64,000 nucleotides of DNA, taken from assembly GCA_963749705.1 (NCBI GenBank), contig CAVVNQ010000010.1, positions 95,359 through 159,358 on the forward strand. Direction: 5' to 3'. The notes under the pieces were generated by a model. The model did not search any database and was not told the origin of the DNA. It was given only the letters and a program-made list of their open reading frames with translations. How positions within the stretch are numbered: position 1 is the first letter of the stretch; each line of letters begins with the position of its first letter. Positions 19,221 through 29,217 of the stretch are shown here, one piece after another. The DNA is from an uncultured Chloroflexia bacterium. Its GTDB lineage: Bacteria > Chloroflexota > Limnocylindria > Limnocylindrales > CSP1-4. The translations under genes were made by a program, and so were the position numbers.

Positions 19221-20495
19221 TCAGCGTCCGTCCCAGCGCTTGAAGATGATCGCGCCATTGTGGCCGCCGAGCCCGATGTTGTTCGACAGCGCGTACCGGA
19301 TCGGCATCGGGGTGGCCTCGGTCGTGACCCACAGGTCCGCCTCGGGATCGAACTCGCGGTAGTTGATCGTGGGCGGCGCGAGCTGCTCGGCAACGGTCAT
19401 CACCGTGGCGAACGCCTCGAACGCGCCGGCGGCACCCATCATGTGGCCGGTCATCGACTTGGTCCCGGTCACCGCCAGCGAGTGCCGGTCGCGGGCCGAG
19501 CGATCGCCGAACACGGTCCAGATCGCCTCAGCCTCGCGCTTGTCGCCGACCGGGGTCGAGGTGCCGTGCGGGTTGATGACGTCGACCTCGTCGGCTGGCA
19601 CGCCACGGCGTTCCAGCGCGACCTTCATCGCGCGCGCCGAGCCGGTGCCCCGATCGATCGGCTGGATCATGTCCCAGCCGTCCGCGGCCGACCCGTAGCC
19701 CACGACCTCCGCGTAGATCCGGGCGCCACGAGCCGTCGCGTACTCGAGATCCTCGAGGATCAGCGCGCCCGCACCCTCGCCGAGCACGAACCCGTCGCGC
19801 GACCGGTCGAACGGGCGGCTGACGTCGGTCAGCGGCTCGCCCGGGCGCGGCGAGCCCAGGCCGCGCATGTTGCCGAACCCGGCGTGGGCGACCTCGAGCA
19901 GCGGCATCTCGGTCGAGCCGGCGATCACGGTGTGGACGTCACCGCGGCGGATCGTCTCGGCCGCCTCCCCGACGCAGTTGGTGCCGGTGGAGCAGGCGGT
20001 CACGATGCAGATGTTGTGGCCGATGGCGCCGGTCTCGATCGCGATCATCCCGGAGGTCGAGTCGACCAGGCCGTTGGCGATGAAGGTGGGCGCGACCCGG
20101 TCCGGGCCGCGCTCGGCCAGGATCCGCCAGTTGTCGATCATCAGGTTCTGGCCGCCGGCTCCGGAGCCGAACACGACCCCGATGTCCTCGCGGTTGGCGT
20201 CGGTGATCTCGAGGCCCGCGTCGGCGATCGCCTGCTTGGCGGCGCTCACGCCGAACCACATCGAGGACTCGCTGCGGCGGACGGCCTTGGGCTCCATCCA
20301 GTCGCCGGGGTTGAAGCCCGTGACCTCGCCGCCCCAGCGATGGGCATACGGCGTGAGGTCGAACTTGGTGATCTCGCCCAGGCCCGAGACGCCATTGACG
20401 AGGTTGGACCAGGCAGTGTTCTTGTCATTGCCCACGGGGCTGACGACGCCGAGGCCGGTCACGACGACGCGGCGGGTGAAATCGGGTTGGCGCAC
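19221..20495 (-). CDS. fabF: Beta-ketoacyl-ACP synthase II (upstream copy)
   Basis: VVVTGLG, TACSTG, HGTST and KSMTGH motifs. Confidence 0.92.
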   Translation of the reverse strand: MRQPDFTRRVVVTGLGVVSPVGNDKNTAWSNLVNGVSGLGEITKFDLTPYAHRWGGEVTGFNPGDWMEPKAVRRSESSMWFGVSAAKQAIADAGLEITDANREDIGVVFGSGAGGQNLMIDNWRILAERGPDRVAPTFIANGLVDSTSGMIAIETGAIGHNICIVTACSTGTNCVGEAAETIRRGDVHTVIAGSTEMPLLEVAHAGFGNMRGLGSPRPGEPLTDVSRPFDRSRDGFVLGEGAGALILEDLEYATARGARIYAEVVGYGSAADGWDMIQPIDRGTGSARAMKVALERRGVPADEVDVINPHGTSTPVGDKREAEAIWTVFGDRSARDRHSLAVTGTKSMTGHMMGAAGAFEAFATVMTVAEQLAPPTINYREFDPEADLWVTTEATPMPIRYALSNNIGLGGHNGAIIFKRWDGR

Positions 20496-20528
20496 GGGTT
20501 CCTCTCGGTTGGTTCGGTGGGACCGCCG

Positions 20529-21521
20529 TCAGGCGGTCGGCTCGGTGGCGGCGTCCATCTCCGCCGTGTCGGCGAAGGGGATCGTCAGCCGGTCGGCGGA
20601 CGCCGGGTCGTCGAGGGCGATGACCTCGGCGTCGACGGCGATCCGCTTGATGAGGCCGGTGAGGACGCGCCCGGGCCCGATCTCGATGTAGGTCCTGATC
20701 CCGTGCGCCTGCATCGCCTCGACGGCGCCGACCCAGTCGACGCCGGTGGTGAGGTGGTCGACGAGCTCGGCGCGACAGGCGTCGGCGGTCGTGATCAGGT
20801 GCGCATCGGCGTTCGCGACCAGCGGCGGCTCCGGGTCGCGGAAGGTGATCCCGGCAAGCACGCCGCGCATGGCATCGGCGGCCTGCGCCATCAGGGGTGA
20901 GTGCGCGGCGACCGAGACCGGAAGCTCCAGCGCGCGGCGCGCGCCGAGCGCCTTCGCGATCGCCAGCGACGCCTCCACCGCCGGCCGCTCCCCGGACACG
21001 ACGACCTGGCCCGGCGAGTTCCGGTTCGCAACGCCGAACACGCCGTGCGCCGACGCCTGCGCGACGAGCTCGGGCAGGCGGGCGTCGTCGAGGCCGATGA
21101 TCGCGGCCATCCGCCCCTCGCGTCCGGCGCCCGATGCCTGCATCTGGCGCCCGCGCTCCCGGACCAGCCGAACGGCATCGGCGAGATCCAGGGCACCGGC
21201 CGCGACCAGCGCCGAGTACTGGCCCATCGAGTGGCCGGCTGCGAAGGCGGGGGCCGGGGCGTCGATCTCGAGCTCCGCCCAGCGCGCACGGACGGCGGCC
21301 AGGTAGGCGATCGATGCCGCGAGCAGGGCGGGCTGGGCGTTCTCGGTCCGGTTCAGGACGTCCTCGGGCCCGTCCCACGCGAGCCGGCTGATCGGCTCGC
21401 CGAGCGCCGCATCGGCGGCCTGGAACACGGCAGCGGCCGCGGGCGAGGTTTCGGCGAGGGCACGGCCCATCCCGACGACCTGGCTGCCCTGGCCGGGAAA
21501 GACGTAGGCAATCTGGCTCAT
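20529..21521 (-). CDS. fabD: Malonyl-CoA:ACP transacylase
   Basis: FPGQGSQ, GHSMG and VSVAAHS motifs. Confidence 0.93.
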   Translation of the reverse strand: MSQIAYVFPGQGSQVVGMGRALAETSPAAAAVFQAADAALGEPISRLAWDGPEDVLNRTENAQPALLAASIAYLAAVRARWAELEIDAPAPAFAAGHSMGQYSALVAAGALDLADAVRLVRERGRQMQASGAGREGRMAAIIGLDDARLPELVAQASAHGVFGVANRNSPGQVVVSGERPAVEASLAIAKALGARRALELPVSVAAHSPLMAQAADAMRGVLAGITFRDPEPPLVANADAHLITTADACRAELVDHLTTGVDWVGAVEAMQAHGIRTYIEIGPGRVLTGLIKRIAVDAEVIALDDPASADRLTIPFADTAEMDAATEPTA

Positions 21522-21623
21522 CGGATCAGAGCGTACGCCGGGTCCGTGGCAATTCGTCGCAAGTCCATGCACGCTTGCAGGATTCTCGGGCCGAACGTAC
21601 GCTCAGGCGGTGAGATTCAGGTC

Positions 21624-22280
21624 GTGAGCGAGCCATCGGACAAGCCAGCCCCGCCGATCCGCGCTCGCCGGTACCGCGTTCGCTCGAGCGATCCCGCCGC
21701 CGGACCGGAGCTGCCCGAGGCGCTCCTCCGGTCACGCCGGCGCGGAGCCCCCGGCCGGGTCATCGCGCGCGTGTTCGAGGCAGACCTTTCGGCGCCAGTC
21801 GTCGCGGCGGGCATGCGGATCCAGAACGTCCGCCAGATCTCCGAGCGGGTGGCCATGGGCCGGGCGTTGTGGCGCGAGCTCGTCGTCGGGTTCGCCTACC
21901 AGCTGGGCGAGCTCAACCTCGGGTTCACGCAGCTGGCGGCGCTGTACGTGCTGGCCGAGGGCGCCACGACCACGGTCGCCGATCTCGCTGAAGCGATCGG
22001 GCGGTCGCCGTCGGCGACCTCGCGGCTGGTCGACGGGCTGGTCAAGCGGCGTCTCGTGGAGCGCCGTCGCGAGGAGGATGACGCTCGACTCCGTTCGGTG
22101 TGGCTCACGCCGCGCGGCCAGGCGGTCCTGCGGATGGTCGACCGGGCCCGCGCGGAGCAGTTCCTGTCGGCCGTTCGCCCGATGCCACGCAGCGAGCGCG
22201 CGCTGGTGGCCATGGGCGTCGCCGCGCTGGCGACGCATGCGATCTCGCGCCGCGGGCGCCTGGTCCGCGGCGGCGGCTGA
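21624..22280 (+). CDS. MarR-family transcriptional regulator
   Basis: TVADLAEAIGRSPSATSRLVDGLVKRRLVER...LTPRG winged helix. Start uncertain (21624 or 21813). Confidence 0.8.
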   Translation: MSEPSDKPAPPIRARRYRVRSSDPAAGPELPEALLRSRRRGAPGRVIARVFEADLSAPVVAAGMRIQNVRQISERVAMGRALWRELVVGFAYQLGELNLGFTQLAALYVLAEGATTTVADLAEAIGRSPSATSRLVDGLVKRRLVERRREEDDARLRSVWLTPRGQAVLRMVDRARAEQFLSAVRPMPRSERALVAMGVAALATHAISRRGRLVRGGG

Positions 22281-22326
22281 CGCCGCGCCGCGCCGCGCGT
22301 CAGGACGGCGGCGAACCCTCGACGGA

Positions 22327-22356
22327 TTGACACGGCCCGCGGCTCGCGCGCACGCT
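22327..22356 (+). promoter_or_regulatory. Sigma70-type promoter, probably leaderless
   Basis: TTGACA, 18-nt spacer, CACGCT, then ATG 7 nt later (22364). Confidence 0.65.
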
Positions 22357-22363
22357 CGGGAGC

Positions 22364-22954
22364 ATGAGCACCCGACGCGTGTCCTGGCGCCGCTCGGACG
22401 AGATCCGGGCGGACGAGCATTGCACGATCACGTTCCGGAACGAAGGGCTGTCCCTCGTCGGCACGGTGATGGGCGCGGATCGCGGTGTCCCGATCCGGAT
22501 CGAGTACCGGGTCCTCGTCGGCGCCACCGGGGAAACCACGGCCGTCCATGTCCGCGATCTGCGTGGGTTTGCCCAGCGGACGCTCACGCTGGACCGGGAT
22601 GCGAAGGGCAACTGGTCCGTCAACGGCGCGCCCGCCCGCGCGCTCAGGGGCTGCATCGATGTCGACCTGGGCTGCAGCCCGTCGACCAACACGCTGCCCA
22701 TCCGACGGCTGCGCCTCGGCGTCGGACGGTCGAAGACGATCCAGGCAGCGTGGGTCCGCTTTCCCGAGCTGTCAGTGGAGAAGGCCGCCCAGACCTACTC
22801 CCGATTGGACGAGCTCACGTATCGATATGCGAGCGGCACGTTCGAGGCGGAGCTGATCGTCGACGATGACGGCGTGGTGGCGCGGTACGCGGAATGGGAA
22901 CGCACGGGCGTGGCCTCGGGACCGGACGACACCGCGCCCCTCGACACCCGGTAG
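22364..22954 (+). CDS. Putative glycolipid-binding domain protein (DUF1089-like)
   Basis: DVDLGCSPSTNTLPIRRL, QTY and VDDDGVV...Y pattern. Confidence 0.8.
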   Translation: MSTRRVSWRRSDEIRADEHCTITFRNEGLSLVGTVMGADRGVPIRIEYRVLVGATGETTAVHVRDLRGFAQRTLTLDRDAKGNWSVNGAPARALRGCIDVDLGCSPSTNTLPIRRLRLGVGRSKTIQAAWVRFPELSVEKAAQTYSRLDELTYRYASGTFEAELIVDDDGVVARYAEWERTGVASGPDDTAPLDTR

Positions 22955-23043
22955 CGGCGACCGGCGGGCGAGGACGACCCGCACCGCGCCGTTCGCGGTG
23001 GCGGCACCGAGCGACCGAACCCTGTGCATCGACCGGTCCGACG

Positions 23044-23114
23044 CGACCGGCCCGACACGACCGGCTCGACCACGACCGGCCCGACACGACCGGCTCGACC
23101 ACGACCGGCCCGAC
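23044..23114. repeat. 29-bp intergenic tandem repeat (about 2.5 copies)
   Basis: CGACCGGCCCGACACGACCGGCTCGACCA x2 plus a partial copy. Confidence 0.88.
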
Positions 23115-23194
23115 GCGACCACGCCCGCAAGTTGCTCCTCCGTGGACAATGGGGCACCGAACCAGGGCACCACACCCTGTCCGAGGAGACACTG

Positions 23195-23398
23195 ATGGAA
23201 CAGCAGCACATGCTCGAGGCGGACCTGAAGCTTCAGCACCGCCACGCCGACGGCACCTGGTCCGAGCTGGTCGAGGACCACGAGCACCCGAATCCCGCCG
23301 ACCGCGACGAGGAGCGGAGCTGGGCGAAGCACCGAATCTTCCGTTGCAGATCGTGCCCGGAGAGCATCACCGTCCTCCCCGGCGACAACCGAACCTGA
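23195..23398 (+). CDS. Small hypothetical protein with HxH and CxxC (possible Zn binder)
   Basis: GAGGAG RBS; 67 aa, MEQQH...HRH...FRCRSCPE. Confidence 0.7.
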   Translation: MEQQHMLEADLKLQHRHADGTWSELVEDHEHPNPADRDEERSWAKHRIFRCRSCPESITVLPGDNRT

Positions 23399-23408
23399 GC
23401 GCGCTCGG

Positions 23409-24830
23409 TCACCCGCAGAACGTCGCGACCACGTCGTAGAGCACGGGCAGGCCCCAGCGGAGCGCGTCCAGGCCGACGCGTTCGTCGACGCCGTGGAACC
23501 GCTCGAGGAACCGCTCCTCGGGGTCGAGGCGCAGCGGTGAGAACCCGTAGGCCGGCACACCGAGCCGGACCAGGTGCTTGGCATCGGTGGCGAACGGGGC
23601 AAGGGCGGGAACCGGGATCCCGTCGGGGTCGTGCGCCCGGATCGTGGCGGCGAGCAGGTCGTACAGCTCGCCGTCTGCCCGCGCCTCGACGGGGACGGCG
23701 CCGATCGTGTGCTCGACGCTGCAATACGGGGCAAGGTCGCCGAGTCGCGCCACGACCTCCTCGCGCACATCGCCCTCGGTGGTGCCGGGCAGCGTCCGGC
23801 AGTCGATCTCGATGGTCGCCTCGCCGGGGATCACGTTGTACTTGATCCCGCTGTGGATCACGTCGGGGCTGATCGTGTCCCGAAGCAGCGCGCGCAGGGC
23901 TCGCGCGTACATCGGGTCGCACAGCGTACGCAGCGCGGCGTCGCTCCGGCGCGGATCGTCACCGCCGATCGCTGCGGCCAGCTGTGCCTCGGACGGCGGC
24001 AGCGCGGCGGCGACCTCGGCGAGCAGGCGGCGGACCGCGTCCGTGACGCGCGGCTCGCCGGGTCGCGCGAGCCGGGTCACCACCTCGGCCGCCATCACCG
24101 CGGCGTTGTCCTCGCGTGGCATGGAGCCGTGGCCCCAGGTGCCGCGGACCGTGATCCGGTAGACCTCGAAGCCCTTCTCGGCGACCTGGATCGGGTAGAA
24201 GCGACGCCCCGCCACCTCCGCCGAAACCCCGCCGGCCTCGTTGAGGGCAGCGACCGCGCGCAATGTCTCGGGGCGGTTGTCCACGAGCCAGCCCGCGCCC
24301 TGGTGACCGCCGGCCTCCTCGTCCGGGGTGCACGCGAACAGGACGTCGCGCCGCAGCCCGGGGATGGGATCGGTCGCCGGGTCGAGGCCCGCGTCCGTGG
24401 CGCGTCGTGCGAGCAGCGTCAGCACGCCGACCTCGAGCGCGACCATCGACTTCATGTCCACCGCGCCCCGACCCCACAGGTAGCCGTCCGCGATGTCCGC
24501 ATCGAACGGGGCATGGGTCCAGCCTTCGGGATTTGCCGGGACGACGTCGAGGTGCGACAGCAGGAGCAGCGGCTCGCCGCCCGTGCCATCGCCGCGGAGC
24601 CTCGCGACGACGATGCCCCGGCCAGGGAACGGCTCGATGATCTCCGTGGCGATGCCCGCGCGCCCCAGCTCGTCCGCGATGCGCCGGGCGGCATCGAGCT
24701 CGGGGCCGGGCGGGTCGGGCGGGTTGATCGACGGGATCCGGATCAGGTCCCGGAGGAAGGCGACCAGGTCGGCGTACGCCGCCGACCATCCGGCCTCACC
24801 CACGGCAACCGACGGCAGGGCCGGGGTCAC
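23409..24830 (-). CDS. M20/M25/M40 metallo-hydrolase (ArgE/DapE-like)
   Basis: SHLDVVP, GRGAVDMK, DEEAGG, GHGS and HGVDER motifs. Confidence 0.9.
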   Translation of the reverse strand: MTPALPSVAVGEAGWSAAYADLVAFLRDLIRIPSINPPDPPGPELDAARRIADELGRAGIATEIIEPFPGRGIVVARLRGDGTGGEPLLLLSHLDVVPANPEGWTHAPFDADIADGYLWGRGAVDMKSMVALEVGVLTLLARRATDAGLDPATDPIPGLRRDVLFACTPDEEAGGHQGAGWLVDNRPETLRAVAALNEAGGVSAEVAGRRFYPIQVAEKGFEVYRITVRGTWGHGSMPREDNAAVMAAEVVTRLARPGEPRVTDAVRRLLAEVAAALPPSEAQLAAAIGGDDPRRSDAALRTLCDPMYARALRALLRDTISPDVIHSGIKYNVIPGEATIEIDCRTLPGTTEGDVREEVVARLGDLAPYCSVEHTIGAVPVEARADGELYDLLAATIRAHDPDGIPVPALAPFATDAKHLVRLGVPAYGFSPLRLDPEERFLERFHGVDERVGLDALRWGLPVLYDVVATFCG

Positions 24831-24833
24831 CGG

Positions 24834-25100
24834 TCAGTACACCGGCACGCCGACCAGGGCGCCGGCGATCCCGAGCACGAACCCGAGCGCGACGATGCCC
24901 AGCGCCATCGCCACCAGGATCCGCAGGTAGCGGCGCTCCCGCTGCAGCGTCTCGCCGATCTCCGGGTCCGTCCCGCCGGCGATGTAGGGCTGCTGGAGGC
25001 CACGCTTGCGGGCGTGGACGTTGCGTTCCGCGTCGTACTGGACCGGGTCCGGTGGCAGCGGGGTCTGCGGCGCGGGGTCGTGATGAGCGGTGTCGGTCAC
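24834..25100 (-). CDS. Small membrane protein
   Basis: GTG 6 nt after a CATGAT -10-like box; C-terminal TM helix. Confidence 0.6.
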   Translation of the reverse strand: MTDTAHHDPAPQTPLPPDPVQYDAERNVHARKRGLQQPYIAGGTDPEIGETLQRERRYLRILVAMALGIVALGFVLGIAGALVGVPVY

Positions 25101-25122
25101 GGGACCATCATGCCGTTCGGGC

Positions 25123-26121
25123 TCATCGGCTGTCGAACAGCGCCTGCAGCTCGTCCGGATCTCGCGTCGAGGCCATCCCCAGGCGCAGCAGGATCCGCGC
25201 CTTCCAGGGCTGGAGGTCGTCGGCCGCCAGCCAGCCGCGCGCGACGAGGGCGGGCACCCGTGGCACGCGACCGCTGCCCACGCGCGACGCCTGGCACACG
25301 GTGACGCCCCGGCCGGCCGCCCGCTCGAGCGCCTCGACCTCGCCCGGGGTCGGCGCGCCTGCACCGGTTCCGGAGCTCACGATCCCCTGCGCACCGGCCG
25401 CGACGGCCGCATCGACCAGCGCGCCGTCCGCGCCCTGGTAGGTGACGACGATGTCCACCCGCGGCAGCGAGCGCAGGTCGGTCGTGGCGAACCTGTCGTG
25501 GAGCGCGCTACCGCGTCCCGGCCGGTGGGCGAGCACCACCCGGCCGTCGCTGTCGGTCCAGCCGAGCGGGCCGGCCGCGCCGTCGCTGAACGCATTGGTC
25601 CGCAGCGTGTTCGACTTGGTGACGTCACGCGCGCCGTGGATCGTGTCGTCCAGCACCACGAGCGCCCCCAGACCGCGGGCCTCGGCCGACGCAGCGACGC
25701 GGACGGCATTGAGCAGGTTGAGCTGGCCGTCACCGGACATCGCGGAAGCGGGTCGCATGGCGCCCGTGACCACGATCGGTGCCTCGCCCGCGACCGTGAG
25801 GTGGAGGAGCCACGCGGTCTCCTCGAGCGTGTTCGTGCCGTGCGTGATCACGATCCCGTCCGCCTCGCCACGGTCGAGGATGCCGGTCACCAGCTCATGG
25901 AGGTCGGCAAGGTCGTCGTCCGTGATCGCGTGCGCGCGAACACGCCGGAACTGGACCTCGGCCACCGTGGCGATCGACGCGAGCTCCGGGACGCCGGTGA
26001 CGAGCGCGCCGGGCTCGAGGCGGCGACCCGTCTCGAGGTAGGCGGCCAGGTCGAGGCGATCGGTGCCCAGCGAGTCGATGGTGCCCCCGGTGGTGATGAC
26101 GGCGACGCGGGGCAGGGTCAT
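25123..26121 (-). CDS. L-asparaginase
   Basis: TTGGTI, THGTNTLEETA, TGAMRP and DVTK motifs. Confidence 0.92.
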   Translation of the reverse strand: MTLPRVAVITTGGTIDSLGTDRLDLAAYLETGRRLEPGALVTGVPELASIATVAEVQFRRVRAHAITDDDLADLHELVTGILDRGEADGIVITHGTNTLEETAWLLHLTVAGEAPIVVTGAMRPASAMSGDGQLNLLNAVRVAASAEARGLGALVVLDDTIHGARDVTKSNTLRTNAFSDGAAGPLGWTDSDGRVVLAHRPGRGSALHDRFATTDLRSLPRVDIVVTYQGADGALVDAAVAAGAQGIVSSGTGAGAPTPGEVEALERAAGRGVTVCQASRVGSGRVPRVPALVARGWLAADDLQPWKARILLRLGMASTRDPDELQALFDSR

Positions 26122-27146
26122 GGCGCCCCCACCGGAGCGCCCTCGGGACGCGGCGCGCGCGCCTCCCAGTGCGGCGCCGCGGCCGGGGGCGTGTACGCCG
26201 CGACGCGCGAGATCAGGCGCCGCACCCGCAGCCCCTCCAGCGGTCCGAGCACGTACAGGGGCATCCGCTTCAGCCACACCTCGCTGCCCAGGCTGGCGGC
26301 ATCGGCGCCCGCCCAGAAGTACTCGCGGCAGTCATCGAAGTCGCGGATCCCGCCGTTGGCGATGATCGGCAGCCGGATCCCGGCGTCGCGCAGCTCGGCG
26401 ACCACCCGCAGCCCGATCGGCTTGATCGCCCGCCCGCTGACCGCCCCGAAGCGGTTCTTGAGCCACGGCTCGCCCGTGTCGGGATCGAGCCGCAGGCCCT
26501 TGACGGTGTTGATCGCCGTGATCCCGGCGCACCCGGACTGCTCGGCCAGCCGCGCCTGCCACAGGTAGTCCTCGTCGGGCGAGACCTTGAGGATCACCGG
26601 ATGGCGGCTCCTGGGCACGGCGCGGTTGAGGCTCTCCTCGAGGATCTCGCCGAACGGGAAGTTGACGTTATGACACGAGGCGTTGAGCTCGACGGCAGCG
26701 ATCTCGCCCGGCTTCACCCGCTCGTTGACGGTCTCGATCAGCTGCTCGATCTCGTCCGCGCTGAAGCCGCCCACGCTGATGATCCGGTTGAGGCCGGCGG
26801 TTCGCTCGAAGTACTCGTCGAAGTAGCGCTCGATCCCGATGTTCGACCAGCCGAATGCGTTGAGCCAGCCGGCGTCGACCCTGCGCAGCGCCCGTCCGTA
26901 GAGGCGGAGCATCTCCGGGGCCTCGGTCAGCCCCCAGTCCTCGCGCAAGGTGAAATGGCCTTCGCGCGGCCCCAGCGTCATCGTGCGCGTGGTCACCGCG
27001 CCGAACCGCTCCAGTGGAACCCACTGCGCGATCGGGGACAGGCCGTACAGGATCAGCCTGCGCCTGGACGCCCCATAGCCGAGCAGGCTGGCCGACGTGA
27101 CGAGGCGGTTGCGGAGCCGGATCCCGTTGAGGTCGATGGAGGTCAC
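26118..27146 (-). CDS. Dihydroorotate dehydrogenase-like FMN enzyme (family 1, divergent)
   Basis: ELNASCHN, LKVSP, INT, SGRAIKP and IIANGGI motifs. Confidence 0.75.
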   Translation of the reverse strand: MTSIDLNGIRLRNRLVTSASLLGYGASRRRLILYGLSPIAQWVPLERFGAVTTRTMTLGPREGHFTLREDWGLTEAPEMLRLYGRALRRVDAGWLNAFGWSNIGIERYFDEYFERTAGLNRIISVGGFSADEIEQLIETVNERVKPGEIAAVELNASCHNVNFPFGEILEESLNRAVPRSRHPVILKVSPDEDYLWQARLAEQSGCAGITAINTVKGLRLDPDTGEPWLKNRFGAVSGRAIKPIGLRVVAELRDAGIRLPIIANGGIRDFDDCREYFWAGADAASLGSEVWLKRMPLYVLGPLEGLRVRRLISRVAAYTPPAAAPHWEARAPRPEGAPVGAP

Positions 27147-27322
27147 GGGGGAAGTATGCCGGGCTCCGGAGCCACGCGAACCTTCGCGCCAGGCGGGTGC
27201 GTCCGCGGTCGCTCAGCCGCTCTCAGCCCAGCCCCTCGAACATCGCGCGCAACGTTGCGACCTCGCGCTTGTACCGCAGCCCACGCCGCGTCGGCGATCG
27301 TCCCAGTCGTCGGGCCACGTCC

Positions 27323-28297
27323 TCATGCCGTCGATCCTCCGCGGCTTGTGGGCTGGAGCGGCGCCAGGGGCCCCCGCATCACGAGCAGGTCCGGCATGGG
27401 GCGATAGCCGAGACGCGCGTTCACCGCGCGCATCGGGGCATTCGATTCGTCGTTGCCGGTCTCGAGGGTGTCCACGCCGTGGGCGATCGCCCAGGCGATC
27501 GTGGCGCGCTTGAGGGCCGTGGCGATCCCGCGGCCGCGCCATGCGGGCCGGACCGCCGTCATGTCGTGCCAGGCGAGCGTCGAGGAGCCGGGCGCCAACC
27601 GGAGCGACGCCCATCCGACGACCTCGCCTGAGGCGGCGTCGAGCGCGATCGCGAACGCGTCGCGGGGGATGCTGTCGCGTCGAACGTCGCGGGCGAGGAA
27701 CTCCTCCAGGGTGCCGCTGGTGAACGGCTCGTCGGCGGATGGGACGTCCGGGTAGGCCTCGACGGCGACGGTGTGCAGCGCGGGCTCCAGCTCCGGGTGC
27801 TCGGCGAGCGACGTGATCTCGATCCCGACCGGCGGATCGAGGGCCGGCGGAACCATCCCCCGCAGGTCGAGGTTCACCATCTTGTTGCGTTCGGTGATCT
27901 CGAAGCCGCGGTGCTTGAGGAACGCCACCCCCTCGTCCTGTGCCTCGGACAGGCTCGTCTCGAAGCCCGTCTTGCCCGCCTCGCGCGCGACCAGCGACGC
28001 GGCCACCCACAGCGCCGTCCCGATGCCTCGGCGGCGGGCGGCCGGCAGGACGCCGAGCGTGAGCCAGAACAGCTCGAACGTGGCCTCGTACATGTAGATC
28101 CGGCCGACCGAGCCGGCACCCGCCGGCGTGCCCTCGAGCGAGGCGAGGAAGCGGACGCCGCCCGGATACGTGTCGTATTCCCACCGAAGCTCGTCGACCG
28201 AGGTCGGATCCTCGGGCGTGACCGCGTTGACGATGTCGACGAACGAACGCAGGGACGCGTCGTCGTGGGCGCCCACGGTCCGGAGCTCGATGGTCAT
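27323..28297 (-). CDS. Tandem GNAT N-acetyltransferase
   Basis: Two AcCoA-binding motifs (RRRGIG; WRGRGIA) and NAPMRAVNARLGY. Confidence 0.88.
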   Translation of the reverse strand: MTIELRTVGAHDDASLRSFVDIVNAVTPEDPTSVDELRWEYDTYPGGVRFLASLEGTPAGAGSVGRIYMYEATFELFWLTLGVLPAARRRGIGTALWVAASLVAREAGKTGFETSLSEAQDEGVAFLKHRGFEITERNKMVNLDLRGMVPPALDPPVGIEITSLAEHPELEPALHTVAVEAYPDVPSADEPFTSGTLEEFLARDVRRDSIPRDAFAIALDAASGEVVGWASLRLAPGSSTLAWHDMTAVRPAWRGRGIATALKRATIAWAIAHGVDTLETGNDESNAPMRAVNARLGYRPMPDLLVMRGPLAPLQPTSRGGSTA

Positions 28298-29217
28298 CCG
28301 CGGCGAGCCAGCGGCGACGACTCGGCCAACGGTTCCGCGACCTCTCGCGCGACCGCTCGCAGGCCGTCGGGCGCGACAGCCGCCGGAACGCCGAGGATCA
28401 CGTGGTTGGCGCCGGCGCGGACGAACGCGCGCGAGGTGTCGAGCGCCGCGCGACGGGATGCAGCGGTCGATCCGCACGAAAGCTGGGCCGCGAACGTGAA
28501 CGCATCGGGGTCCCGGCCCGCCGCCTCCAGCGCCCGCCGGATCTCGTCGCGCTTCGTTGCGAAGTAGTCGACGTCTCCCGGTCGATTGCCGGGCATCGGC
28601 CAGCCCTCCGCGTAGCGAGCGGTGAGCGCGATCCCGCGTCGCTTCTGACCACCCAGCCAGATCGGGGGGCCGCCGGGGCGGATCGGGCCCGGCTCGTTGG
28701 TGGCGTTGCTGAGCGGGTGGAAGGGGTCGTCGAGGCTGACGCCCGGCGGCGTCCGCGCCTCGTCCGAGAACAGCGCGGTCAGCACCCGGAGCGAGCTTTC
28801 GTACCGGTCGAACCGCTCGGGCAATGGCGGCAGCGGGATCCCGAACGCGTCGTGCTCGCCCTCGTGCCAGCCGGCTCCCAGGCCGAGGATGAACCGCCCG
28901 CCAGTCACGTTGTCGAGCACCGTCGCCGACTTGGCCAGCACGGCGGGGTGCCGGAAGGTGTTGGACAGGACCACGATACCCACCCACTTGCCGGGCACCC
29001 GGTGTGCCAGCGCAGCGGCCATGGTCAGCGACTCGAAGGCGGGTCCGTTGCGTTCGCGGCTGGCGTCCGAGAGGTGGTCGCTCATCCAGCCGGCCGAGAA
29101 CACGGGCAGCTCGCCGGCAAGCGCCCAGGTCGCGTCGATCCTCGACCAGTCGAGCCCGGTCAATTCGGTGGCCGATACGCGGAAGCCGACGGGGCCCGGA
29201 CGGGAGGCGGGGGTCAT
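28294..29217 (-). CDS. LLM-class flavin/F420-dependent oxidoreductase
   Basis: [23 protein letters not shown] and PPIWLGG motifs. Confidence 0.88.
   Translation of the reverse strand: MTPASRPGPVGFRVSATELTGLDWSRIDATWALAGELPVFSAGWMSDHLSDASRERNGPAFESLTMAAALAHRVPGKWVGIVVLSNTFRHPAVLAKSATVLDNVTGGRFILGLGAGWHEGEHDAFGIPLPPLPERFDRYESSLRVLTALFSDEARTPPGVSLDDPFHPLSNATNEPGPIRPGGPPIWLGGQKRRGIALTARYAEGWPMPGNRPGDVDYFATKRDEIRRALEAAGRDPDAFTFAAQLSCGSTAASRRAALDTSRAFVRAGANHVILGVPAAVAPDGLRAVAREVAEPLAESSPLARRG

Noticed and set aside
18024-20900. 958-aa plus-strand ORF
   Set aside because: Antisense shadow of fabF/fabF/fabD in GC-rich DNA, with no recognisable motifs.
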